Virus record (IMG/VR): IMGVR_UViG_3300032770_000011
Location: 39,400 to 103,399 of that record
DNA length: 64,000 nt
Reading direction: 5' to 3' (one strand)
From: a virus
The position numbers and the translations under genes were made by a program. Position 1 is the first letter of the stretch; each line of letters opens with the position of its first letter. Below are positions 45,365-54,575 of the stretch, piece by piece. Under the pieces are notes generated by a model, which was not told the origin of the DNA, made no database searches, and saw only the letters and a program-made list of their open reading frames with translations.

Positions 45365-47355
45365 AGGAAGGGACTCTTTGCCCAGATACGTCGGTCGAAG
45401 GAGTTGTCAAATTCTGGCCACTTCTTCGACATCATGATCACTTCGCCAGTCTCACGGTAGTGGTTCTGCTTTTCCGGAACCAGACCGGGGTCGTTCGGGG
45501 TACACTCCAAGAGAAGGTGTTCGGGTAAGCAATCCAGACGGCAATCCCAGAACTGTGCTACTTCCTCCTTACCGAAGTTCTGTTCGCCTTTCTGAATACG
45601 CTCGAAGAACATGTCAGAGTAACAGTTATGAACCAGCACTCCTGAACCAACAAAAAAGTTATGGTTCTTCTCAACGCTTAAATCATAAACCTTAATAGTT
45701 GGCCCACGACGAACGCTTACAACTTTATGGTTTTCCTTGATAGCAGAAAGATAATTTGCCCACCGCCCCCAACGCGAAGACACAACGTAAGTACTAACTT
45801 TACCTTTATACTCTTCTTTGAAACTTTCGCAGGTAAGTTTTCCAGATTTACGCAAGAGCCTCTTACCCATCTTCAAAAGCTCTGCCTCAGAAATAGGATG
45901 TAACGGACGGCCCTTCCCGCTTGTCCAAGGTTCTTTGTAAGAACTACCATCAACTATAGACTTATGCTGCTGAATGTGAAAACCACCCTCTAACAGTTCT
46001 AAATTAAAGAACCTGTTGTCTTTCTTGTTCTCGTTCTTATGGTGCACATGAAATCCTTCCGGAATTGAACCTTCTACAAGCTCATAATACGCCCTAGAAG
46101 TCAACCTCCACTCACGGTCCCTACCCTTTCTGTTTGTTAAGTAGCCTTCATATCCTTGTGTTGTAAAAAACCGATGCAGCGGAATAAGCCTTTGCTTTTT
46201 TTGCAAGTCGCCTGCACACACCCATTCGTATTCAATACTAACCTCTGCAGTTACGCCAGGAAGTCCTTTACCGGTTCGCCGCCTAGTCAAAAATCTATGG
46301 TCAGAAGTTACACAAAGCTCAGAGCCGTCGTCAAGAGTCACAATGACCGTCTGTCTCTTGCCAGAATAAGAACCAACAGCCCAAGAAAGTTCTACTCCAC
46401 GAGTTTCCTCATTAACTGTGTACACCGGGTACCTTTTACCAACCAGTTTTCGGATAGGAATATCTCCTTCAGGACTACAAATGGCGGTACTTCCAGCCAG
46501 GCAATTAGGATACCGCCTATTCTTGCGGCTCCAACTCTTATACGTACACAACGCTGATTCCATCGTGAAATAGTGAACCTCACGGGGATCAATGGCCTTG
46601 TTCTTGGCGGTGCGCTTCTTCGCTTCAGTGAGCAGTTGTGCCGCTTCGTCGCGAAGCCAGTCCAACTCCTCAGCCGTATAATCACCCTTGAAGTCAGTCT
46701 CTCGGAACCAGTCCATGTCATCACGGCCGAGAACCTTAGCCAGACCATTGCGGTGAGACTTAGACCCTTCCATATCCTCCAGAAAGAGAGTACCACAATC
46801 CAAAGGAATACCCATGATACGTAGGTATTCGGAATAGGAGAAGGAGGATAACCGCCCAAAGGTATAGAAGTCTGACCGCAAAGCCTCCCAGACTTTATCG
46901 AAGGTCTCATATTCGGTCCTACCTTCAAGCGACCTGAAGTACTTCTTCTGAGAGGAGCCTACGAGTTCGGCATAACGCTGAACAGACTTGATGAAATCCT
47001 TCTTGTGATAGCGGCGGTCGGTATCCCAGGCTAGGCCGTCATAGTACTTCTCGAACCAGGCGGGCAAGCCCTTAGCAGCTACAGTTGGGAACCGCTTGAA
47101 GATTGTCCAACTCGTAACGATATTCTGGGTATTGCCGTTGATGAAGGCCAGCCAGAGTTTTGCCTCATCATCCAATTTGTGCTTCTTCGCTAGCCAGGGC
47201 ATTGCGAAGTAGACGCAGCCGGGGTGGGAACGGTGCTCAAGGTGGAATTCGTAGAAGCGCAGGAAGACTTCGCGGCGGTATTCCGGCTTGCGAAAGTCCA
47301 GCCCTACCTTCAGGGTCTGGACTTCATCCTTACAGGCCCGGCCAATCTGGCGCAA
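45361..47355 (-). CDS. Amino acid:DNA transferase (aGPT-Pplase2 family) with intein
   Basis: WDTDRRY; FGRLSSFSYSEY; SHRNGL; ESALCTYKS..RYP. Confidence 0.75.
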   Translation of the reverse strand: MRQIGRACKDEVQTLKVGLDFRKPEYRREVFLRFYEFHLEHRSHPGCVYFAMPWLAKKHKLDDEAKLWLAFINGNTQNIVTSWTIFKRFPTVAAKGLPAWFEKYYDGLAWDTDRRYHKKDFIKSVQRYAELVGSSQKKYFRSLEGRTEYETFDKVWEALRSDFYTFGRLSSFSYSEYLRIMGIPLDCGTLFLEDMEGSKSHRNGLAKVLGRDDMDWFRETDFKGDYTAEELDWLRDEAAQLLTEAKKRTAKNKAIDPREVHYFTMESALCTYKSWSRKNRRYPNCLAGSTAICSPEGDIPIRKLVGKRYPVYTVNEETRGVELSWAVGSYSGKRQTVIVTLDDGSELCVTSDHRFLTRRRTGKGLPGVTAEVSIEYEWVCAGDLQKKQRLIPLHRFFTTQGYEGYLTNRKGRDREWRLTSRAYYELVEGSIPEGFHVHHKNENKKDNRFFNLELLEGGFHIQQHKSIVDGSSYKEPWTSGKGRPLHPISEAELLKMGKRLLRKSGKLTCESFKEEYKGKVSTYVVSSRWGRWANYLSAIKENHKVVSVRRGPTIKVYDLSVEKNHNFFVGSGVLVHNCYSDMFFERIQKGEQNFGKEEVAQFWDCRLDCLPEHLLLECTPNDPGLVPEKQNHYRETGEVIMMSKKWPEFDNSFDRRIWAKSPFL
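45625..46503 (-). mobile_element. Intein (293 aa) with in-frame HNH domain
   Basis: CLAGST; VTSDHRF; VHHKNENKKDN..NLEL; VYDLSV..HNF..VHN/C. Confidence 0.9.
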
Positions 47356-47535
47356 GGAAAACCTTCAAGGTTTTAGTACTAACCGGCTACCACTGGCCGT
47401 CAGGGAGATCATGAATAGAACGAGAAGCCACGTTGTATGAAAGAACACCTCAATCCCTCCATTACAAAGTCTTACCAAGTCACCACCAGCCATTGCGATC
47501 AATACAACCCCAGCAAGTTTTTTCAGCACAGGTCT

Positions 47536-48150
47536 CTACCCAATCTTGACGTATTCGAGTGTCAATTCCCACCGGATATGGTGGCGCGGGACACCAGCCG
47601 CGATAGCGGCGTCAACCGTCATGCCGTCCTTCAACTTATCCCACCACCCCGCACACTTCGTGCCGGAACGGAAGGGGTTTTCCTTCGTCAGCAACTTGAT
47701 CTTGTCGCCGCGTTCGAAGAGACCCTTCGGGCCGGGGTGGCTACCTTTCGGAGTAGCTTTGCCCTTCGCCTTCTTTGGCGCAGCGGTTTTCGCAGGGCCA
47801 GCAGCTTTCTTCGCGGCAGCTTTCGGCTTCGCAGCGGACTTCTTGGCGGGCTTCGCCTTCGCTTCCTTGCCATTCGTCTTTGCCGGAGGGTCATCAGCTT
47901 CAGCCGGAGCAGCTTCTTCCTCCGGGGGCGCTTCCTCGCTCAGACCTTCGGGTAGCGGTATTTCTGTCTTGTTCTCGACAGCTTCCAAGGCCGCATTGAC
48001 CCAAGCCTGCGTGGCTTCTTCCAAAGTTTCCCACTCGCCGTCGCCAATACCATTGGCTGCCACGGCTAACCGCTTTGCATATGCGGCAGCAGTCTCGCCG
48101 GATTTCATTTCGAGTTGCAGAAGGTCTTCAAGGTCGCTACGAACGGTCAT
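47536..48150 (-). CDS. Putative DNA-binding protein with Lys/Ala/Pro-rich linker
   Basis: AKPAKK repeats; C-terminal ENPFRSG..GMTV..W. Confidence 0.6.
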   Translation of the reverse strand: MTVRSDLEDLLQLEMKSGETAAAYAKRLAVAANGIGDGEWETLEEATQAWVNAALEAVENKTEIPLPEGLSEEAPPEEEAAPAEADDPPAKTNGKEAKAKPAKKSAAKPKAAAKKAAGPAKTAAPKKAKGKATPKGSHPGPKGLFERGDKIKLLTKENPFRSGTKCAGWWDKLKDGMTVDAAIAAGVPRHHIRWELTLEYVKIG

Positions 48151-48171
48151 GGTCTATCCCCAGAATACATA

Positions 48172-48768
48172 CTATCCGAAGTAATCCCGCAACTTTCCGA
48201 CCATGTCGGTATTTGCCGGATCAATGCCCAGAATGCGGCAGTAGAACTCATTGTTGGTTTCGCGAAGTGCACGCCGACCCTTACGGCGGCGCTCGAACTT
48301 CAGCAGGTCCAAGCCGTCGGAGACCAGAAGCGTGACTAATTGCTTGATCTCCTCGGGGGCATTTGCCACCAACGAAAAGAGAGAAGCCTGCTCAGGTTGC
48401 TGCGGTAGGAACTTATCCCAGACGGCATTGTCTGCCGTGGTCTCCTGTTTCTTCACCTGGGAGACCGCATAGACATTCACGCCTTTGTGCTTCGCCGCAA
48501 GCGTGAAGATATGATTCATGAAGGCGGTCTTCACCAGAGACTGGAAGTGCCGAAGGTTGTCCTTCGTTGGGTGCTTTGGTGGTAGGTAAGTGTGGCTCGT
48601 CTTTTTGCCGATGTAACGGTTGCGACACTTCGCGTAGCAGAGATAGCCATCTTGGATCAAGTCATCAACTTCTGTCAGCTGCTCTACGCGCCAGTGTTCC
48701 TTCAGTGCAGTATTGACGATCCATCCGCGCATTCCTTCGTCTAGATATTCTGAATCCGCAGCACTCAT
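48172..48768 (-). CDS. Sigma-factor region-2-like protein
   Basis: EVDDLIQDGYL..K; F..LVKTAF.N. Confidence 0.45.
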   Translation of the reverse strand: MSAADSEYLDEGMRGWIVNTALKEHWRVEQLTEVDDLIQDGYLCYAKCRNRYIGKKTSHTYLPPKHPTKDNLRHFQSLVKTAFMNHIFTLAAKHKGVNVYAVSQVKKQETTADNAVWDKFLPQQPEQASLFSLVANAPEEIKQLVTLLVSDGLDLLKFERRRKGRRALRETNNEFYCRILGIDPANTDMVGKLRDYFG

Positions 48769-49562
48769 GATAACCCCTCCCGTTTAGTTCGCGCCAAATA
48801 AGCAAGTCTCGAAGCCCGCATTTTAGCTCTAGTTTCCGCAGTATGCGTTAGATCTGGATTCGTAGCTAGATACGCTCTTCTAGCTTTTGAACAATTAGCA
48901 CGATGCTTCCTAGATAACTTTTTACCTTTCCACATAGTATTTCCAAGCATGCGGCGGCGACGGGCAGCGCACTCCTCCGCAGTATGAGAATAACCCTTTG
49001 CATACTGGTTACCTAAAGACCGAGCTCTAACTGACTCACGCCGTTCCTCGGGCATTGGATTGTTAGCGTGCCATTTCTTTAATGAAGCAGCCTGTTTTGC
49101 AATCGATTCAGCCGATAAGCAGGGCTTAAACCCAGAAGCTAGTTTAGCCTCACTAAGCTTTCGCTTGTGCTCTTCCGTCTTAGGTCTTCTAAAAATTGCT
49201 AGTACCTTAGGACTAGGTTTTTGCCCAGTCATCGCGACAGAAATGGCCTTCCGAGCGAGAGCATATTGCCAACCAGCTATAATACGCTGCCCGCCCCTCC
49301 TATAAGTCATCCTGTGCAGCGCACAGAGCATCTTATATTTACTATCTTTTGTGGTAAATTTAGTAAGCAGCCAATGAACTAAAAAGTGCTCACGATAAGT
49401 CAGCTTAACGATATTAGATTTAGCATTTGAGCCGCCCAAAGAACGTGGGACTACGTGGTGCTTTTCCCCATACTTCAAATCAACGCGCAACCTTGCGCGG
49501 TCAATAATTTGATTGTACCAGCGCTGGTATTTACTATTACTTTCAGGTAAGTTTTTACCCAC
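48765..49562 (-). CDS. HNH homing endonuclease with NUMOD3-like repeats
   Basis: EKHHVVPRSLGGSN..N..KLT.REHF..H. Confidence 0.85.
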   Translation of the reverse strand: MGKNLPESNSKYQRWYNQIIDRARLRVDLKYGEKHHVVPRSLGGSNAKSNIVKLTYREHFLVHWLLTKFTTKDSKYKMLCALHRMTYRRGGQRIIAGWQYALARKAISVAMTGQKPSPKVLAIFRRPKTEEHKRKLSEAKLASGFKPCLSAESIAKQAASLKKWHANNPMPEERRESVRARSLGNQYAKGYSHTAEECAARRRRMLGNTMWKGKKLSRKHRANCSKARRAYLATNPDLTHTAETRAKMRASRLAYLARTKREGLS

Positions 49563-49564
49563 CG

Positions 49565-49720
49565 CAGTAGTCCCCCTTTTCGAGTTGCGAACCTCTCTGC
49601 CGAGAGAGGCTCTACCAGAGTCGGTCAGTCCCGCTGGTAGACCCGGAACCGGCGTTGCGGAAGACTGGGACGGGGGATACGCGGAACCGGGAAGGCCCTG
49701 CGCGCTTTCTTCCGCAACTG
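49565..49720 (-). ncRNA. Candidate structured RNA upstream of HNH gene
   Basis: Perfect stems of 11, 8 and 7 bp; promoter motif directly upstream. Confidence 0.4.
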
Positions 49721-49768
49721 ACCACCACTACATACTCTAACTACTAATACGGCAAAGTAAAGTAAATT

Positions 49769-50788
49769 CTACGCCGTCAGGTCCAAAGCCAGCTTAACAA
49801 CTTGCTCTGCAGTCATCGCGCCAGGGTCCTCCGCTCCGGTAAGTTTCAGTGCCTTGAAACCTAGCGCCGCTAGTGGCTGAAGTAGCCTTAACCGCTGCAA
49901 TGCGGCATCCTCATCTATCATCAGGTAACGTCTTTCGTAACGTTCACTCAGTTCCTGCAATTCAGCAACCTGTAACGGGTATATATTCAATCCGAAAAGG
50001 CAAGTTGCGTAGAGGCCGAGGCTGTGCCCAAACGCTGTCAGCTTCAAGGCGTCGAAAGGTCCTTCCACGAGAACCAAGGCTTTCGGATTTCCCGCACCCC
50101 AGAGCACCGGCAAACCGAGGACCGTATTGTTGGCAGCCAGCTTCGCTACCGGGTCGCCCGACTTCTTCGGCTGCATTTGGAGCGTCTTGTAGCGCGGGAC
50201 AACGTCCGGCAGAATAGTCCGTGCCGTCCAGGTCAAAAGCTCGCCATAGCGTGTCACCACCGGCAGAATAAGCCGGTAAGCCCAGGCTCCCTTCACTGAG
50301 TAGCGTAAGTCGTATTCCTTCGCCAGCCATTCAATCTGGGCAGAACGGTAACCGCGCTCCATAAGGTAGTCAATGAAAGGTTCGGCAAAGGGAGACTTGT
50401 TCAATAGTGGCTTGAAGTCTGGGGGGAGTTCTAGGTTAGGAACGACCGGGTTTGCCCCGGTAGTCTGTTTCAAGGCAGCATTGACTGCGGCTAAGTCCCC
50501 AGCCGTTGGCGGGGCTGCATCGCCACCCACGATTGCTTTCGCTTCAACAGCGGAACAATGAATCAATTTCTGGATGAGGAAAGTGGGGTCACGGCCCCGG
50601 TGTGCTGAATTACGTAGACATCCCCACCAACCGCCATTTTGACCCAATCCCATATGCTCAGAGGGATCGGAGTCTCCGCAAAATGGACACTTGATGTTTG
50701 CCGCATTACGTTTGGAGAAATTCGGCCCCGACGTAACGTAGGGGATGTTGCGCTGCTTGAGGAAACTGAGCCAATTGAAGCTAGGCAT
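49769..50788 (-). CDS. DNA primase (Zn finger + TOPRIM)
   Basis: CPFCGD..H..C; YL.ERG; WTAR; LVEGPFDA; D.DA. Confidence 0.85.
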   Translation of the reverse strand: MPSFNWLSFLKQRNIPYVTSGPNFSKRNAANIKCPFCGDSDPSEHMGLGQNGGWWGCLRNSAHRGRDPTFLIQKLIHCSAVEAKAIVGGDAAPPTAGDLAAVNAALKQTTGANPVVPNLELPPDFKPLLNKSPFAEPFIDYLMERGYRSAQIEWLAKEYDLRYSVKGAWAYRLILPVVTRYGELLTWTARTILPDVVPRYKTLQMQPKKSGDPVAKLAANNTVLGLPVLWGAGNPKALVLVEGPFDALKLTAFGHSLGLYATCLFGLNIYPLQVAELQELSERYERRYLMIDEDAALQRLRLLQPLAALGFKALKLTGAEDPGAMTAEQVVKLALDLTA

Positions 50789-51138
50789 TACTTCTCAGGC
50801 TCGTAATGAAAATCCCGAGCCTTACGGCATTTTTCTAAAAGGTATTCTCTTTCACTCCAACCACCTTCAGGCAACTTTTCAAGAGCATCAATTACTTCAT
50901 TAAGAGCAAAACCGAGTTCGCCAACCCATTCCCACATAAACCACTTTGGCGGATTGTTTCTTTTGATCTCAAGATGCTTCTCGCTGCCAATCTCGATCAT
51001 TCCGTCGCCGCCACAAAAACCACAAGAATATTCAGGCCCCGAACCGTCGTCCAAGACAGGCTCAACCCAAGAGCCTTCGCCTTTGCAGTAAGGACATGGG
51101 AATTTTCCAGGCATCAATACCTCATCCAAACAGCGCAA
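50788..51138 (-). CDS. Small protein with CxxCxGxG repeats
   Basis: CPYCKGEG, CGFCGGDG. Confidence 0.55.
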   Translation of the reverse strand: MRCLDEVLMPGKFPCPYCKGEGSWVEPVLDDGSGPEYSCGFCGGDGMIEIGSEKHLEIKRNNPPKWFMWEWVGELGFALNEVIDALEKLPEGGWSEREYLLEKCRKARDFHYEPEK

Positions 51139-51268
51139 CCCAAGGCACCAGTATCGGCCAAAATACCGCCGCCGTTATCTTACCCCGTACATTAGCTTTC
51201 TGCGCCCGTGCCCACCACCACATCATGGCGGAGCCTGCAATATACAAATAAATAGCAAGCCAAAGCAT

Positions 51269-51547
51269 TTAGGTTGTGGCCTTCTCTTTGCGGCCATATT
51301 CAAGAATATACTTCTTGGCTTCGTCTTTTGTAACGTACTTGCCGTCCCAATCGAGATAGATCTTTTCGCAATCGATGGCGTCAACCAGATCACAAAGTAT
51401 CTGCTTTTGCTCAGGGGTGTCTTTCTGCATTGCGCAACTCATCGAAGCACCTATATCGATGTAGCGTTTCAGCAATTCTTTGCTGCGTTTACTCTCGACA
51501 CGCCAGCCCTTCAACGTACCCCATTTCAATGTCAATGATTCAGTCAT
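51269..51547 (-). CDS. Hypothetical protein
   Basis: GAGGAG RBS; LTLKWGTLKGW. Confidence 0.6.
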   Translation of the reverse strand: MTESLTLKWGTLKGWRVESKRSKELLKRYIDIGASMSCAMQKDTPEQKQILCDLVDAIDCEKIYLDWDGKYVTKDEAKKYILEYGRKEKATT

Positions 51548-52344
51548 TGCCCACTCCTCTATCTCACCCTAGAACATACTCTTTCTGTATTACCCTACTA
51601 CGCTATCTAAGTACGCAGTCCTATCCAGGCATAGTTCATCCTTACCGTTACAACCTCCCTCCCTAGACTACGACTACGGTCTAGTCCTACAGCTACGAAA
51701 ATAGAAAATAATCTCTACGTAGAGAACATAGAGATTACGACTACCATCGAGATATAGGAGAATAGAGGGATAACGGGTATAAGTTGGGTGGTTTCCAGCA
51801 ACTTTACCAGACCGTCCGTAACGTGGACCAGACGACCTCCCCTGCCGAAATAGTCTGCAGCAGTCAGTAGCGGGGTTTGTGGGTGCATTTCGCACCAGGT
51901 CTGTATATCAGAGAATACCACCATGGAGCCTCTTAGGAGCGGTCATGAACCAAAGGAAACCATCACGGGCGCTAAGGTCCAAACTCCGTTGCGTTTTGCC
52001 GGTGTCCTATGGGTCGGAACCGACTTTCCGGATTGGGTTACTTAGAGGCCCCCGAATCTGGCCTGTTGTTCCTCATCAACCTTGGGTTTTCCCAAGGTGG
52101 CGGCAGGGTCAGGAATAATAGGAGACCGCCGCCTTTTAAGCTTCGGCGGAGCGATCCCTGAAGGTGGGGCTAGCGGGGGAGGGGAAACGAGGGTATAAGG
52201 TTCCTCGTGACCGTGCTTTTGCCGCCTAGCAAAACCATCTTATACGGTCGCCACGCACCCGGAGGTCTCGTCAACCTCGCGGGTGCAACCTTTTTAACCT
52301 AGGGTGAAGTTTTACGCTACCATTGAATTTCGAAAGTTAAAACT

Positions 52345-53919
52345 TTAGAGCTTGAAGCCCAGAGCCTTTTCTGGGTTGCGTAGTAGCGCATCAAATAGGT
52401 TCTTGCCGTCTCGGTGGAATTCCAATATTCTCTCATCCGCTGTGTTTTTCGTAATCATGTCGTATTGAAACACTGTTCTCAATTGTCCATCCCGTATCAG
52501 CCGCCGCTCCGCCTGCTCACGGTCAATGGATGAGAGTGGACTTTCATAGAAAAACGAATAATTCGCAACCCTCTGAAGCCAGTCGAGACTGTAAGCGCCT
52601 ACGCGGTTCTGGATGACCGCTACCGTAGGGCCTTGTCTGTCCTCAAAGCGGCGCTGTTCCTTCAGGGCATCCTTCGTGCCGGACCAAAGCCAGATGGAAT
52701 CTATTCCTAATTCAGTCTTCAATCGCTGGACGATAGTTTTGCCGGAATGAGTGAATTCGTAGAACACCACTGCTTTCCTACCTTCCGGTAGTTCGTCGAG
52801 AAGCTCCAATAGTCTCTCCAGCTTAGGGTTCTCGTCAAAAGCCACTTCAAGGCGTTCACCAGTTTCGTCATTGATGACGCCGAGGAATCCGGAACTCAAT
52901 TGCCGCAACCGCATGAAGGCATTCTTCATCTGACGGAAGTTGTTCTTTGCCGCAATAATGCTTTCGATGATATGCTGGCGGTAAGCCCAGGCTTCCTCCG
53001 GTAAGGTGACGATCTCCCGTATAGGTACTACCTTAGGCAAATCGATACATTCGTCCGCCGTATAGGTAATGGAACGGTGCTGCGCCATTCTGGAAAGCAG
53101 CGGCTGCGTACGCTTGTCGAAGATATAATCATAGGAATATTTATTGCCCCAATGGTTCTTCTTTGCGATGTAGAAGGCTTCTCGGAAAAGCCCCTTTGTC
53201 TCGCCCAGCGTTGCGCCGTCATCAATCAGATACTGCTGCGCCCATAAAGTAATGGGGTCCCGCCCGAAAGGTCGTCCTGCTAAGGCATAACGCACTGAAG
53301 CATATTTGCGTAACTTCGAGATCAATTCAAAAGTCAGACTATCCCCCGAAGCTTTTGTTGATTCATCTAGAATTAATCCCTGCGACCATGCAGCTAACCG
53401 CCTAAGCTTCTTGGGATCGATTGCCAGCTTGTTCTTACCTTTCTTGTTCTTGACCTTCGTACCAACCATGTATAGAGCGCCGGGGTAGGGTAGAAGTACG
53501 AGCCCATCACCAAATTCTTCAAGCTGCACCCATTTGTCCTCGGAAGATCCCGTTAGAGCCGTAACTGGAAGGTCAATACCGAAGTCAGTAAACTGCCTTT
53601 CCCATGAGGAGAAGGCCTTGTCTGAGGTCACGAAGATGATTGCCCGCCTAAGCCGCCCAACCTGAAACCAATACCGCAAGAGCTCCAAGGCAAGTAATGT
53701 TTTGCCAGTTCCCATATCCAACCAGAAGCATAGTTGGGGAAAGGCAACGCCCAGAAGGAAGCAAGCTTTCTGGTGCTGGCGAAGTTTCGGATAAAGCTTC
53801 GGGCGCGGCTGCAGTGCCGCTAAAGCAGCGTCTAGTTCCTTCGTGCTTAATTTCTTGATCCAGGTGTGACTGTCAAGCTTCCTGTTCAGGTATTGCTTGA
53901 CAACAGAACTCGGAATCAT
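52345..53919 (-). CDS. SNF2-like (SF2) helicase
   Basis: DMGTGKT; ILDEST; LAGRP; LRQLSSG; QAERRL.R.GQ. Confidence 0.85.
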   Translation of the reverse strand: MIPSSVVKQYLNRKLDSHTWIKKLSTKELDAALAALQPRPKLYPKLRQHQKACFLLGVAFPQLCFWLDMGTGKTLLALELLRYWFQVGRLRRAIIFVTSDKAFSSWERQFTDFGIDLPVTALTGSSEDKWVQLEEFGDGLVLLPYPGALYMVGTKVKNKKGKNKLAIDPKKLRRLAAWSQGLILDESTKASGDSLTFELISKLRKYASVRYALAGRPFGRDPITLWAQQYLIDDGATLGETKGLFREAFYIAKKNHWGNKYSYDYIFDKRTQPLLSRMAQHRSITYTADECIDLPKVVPIREIVTLPEEAWAYRQHIIESIIAAKNNFRQMKNAFMRLRQLSSGFLGVINDETGERLEVAFDENPKLERLLELLDELPEGRKAVVFYEFTHSGKTIVQRLKTELGIDSIWLWSGTKDALKEQRRFEDRQGPTVAVIQNRVGAYSLDWLQRVANYSFFYESPLSSIDREQAERRLIRDGQLRTVFQYDMITKNTADERILEFHRDGKNLFDALLRNPEKALGFKL

Positions 53920-54575
53920 GCCGTCTGCGCAGCTGGTTCAACAACCTTACGCCACATGCCCCGCTGACCATTCTCGACCATCCCAGCATTAAGTAACTGA
54001 TTGAGAACTCTACTAACGTTGTTCACAGGAATTTCTGTGACTTTGGCAATATCGTTTCGATTGTGCCAAAGCCCGTCTGAAAGATAGTTCAAGACTGCTG
54101 GGCGCTGCTTCATGCTGTTTGCGCGCCAATTTGACAGTTCAGTAGTCTTGATAGCAACTTCCTCAAAACTGACCGACACACGCAGCCCGGCCAACCGCTT
54201 CTCCAGAGCTTCGAGGCGCAGGCTTTGTTCTAGACAGAGATCACACAAGGCTTCAACATCATTTTCCAGCCGCCGTATCTTCTCGGCGGCAAAGTCAGTT
54301 GGCTTCGGTAGATTGAGGGCTTTTTCGAAGATCACGATCGAAGGCGGCGGTAGTGTTATGTTGGCCTCACGCAGAATACGCCGTACTCGCGCCCGTACAT
54401 TCAAGGGACCACGCCAGTCCGACCCGGTACGCGCAGTGAATACTTGTCGATAGCGCCCGTCGCTATAATTCCATTCAACGGCTAGGTGCTTACCCCGATC
54501 AACGACTTCGCCTTTTATGCCGAACTTGCTCAATTCGGCTAGAGCAGCTTCGGCTTCTGCGCTTACATTTCCCAT
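53916..54575 (-). CDS. Hypothetical protein with C-terminal winged HTH
   Basis: RNDIAK..VSRVLNQL...G.V....G.W. Confidence 0.5.
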   Translation of the reverse strand: MGNVSAEAEAALAELSKFGIKGEVVDRGKHLAVEWNYSDGRYRQVFTARTGSDWRGPLNVRARVRRILREANITLPPPSIVIFEKALNLPKPTDFAAEKIRRLENDVEALCDLCLEQSLRLEALEKRLAGLRVSVSFEEVAIKTTELSNWRANSMKQRPAVLNYLSDGLWHNRNDIAKVTEIPVNNVSRVLNQLLNAGMVENGQRGMWRKVVEPAAQTA

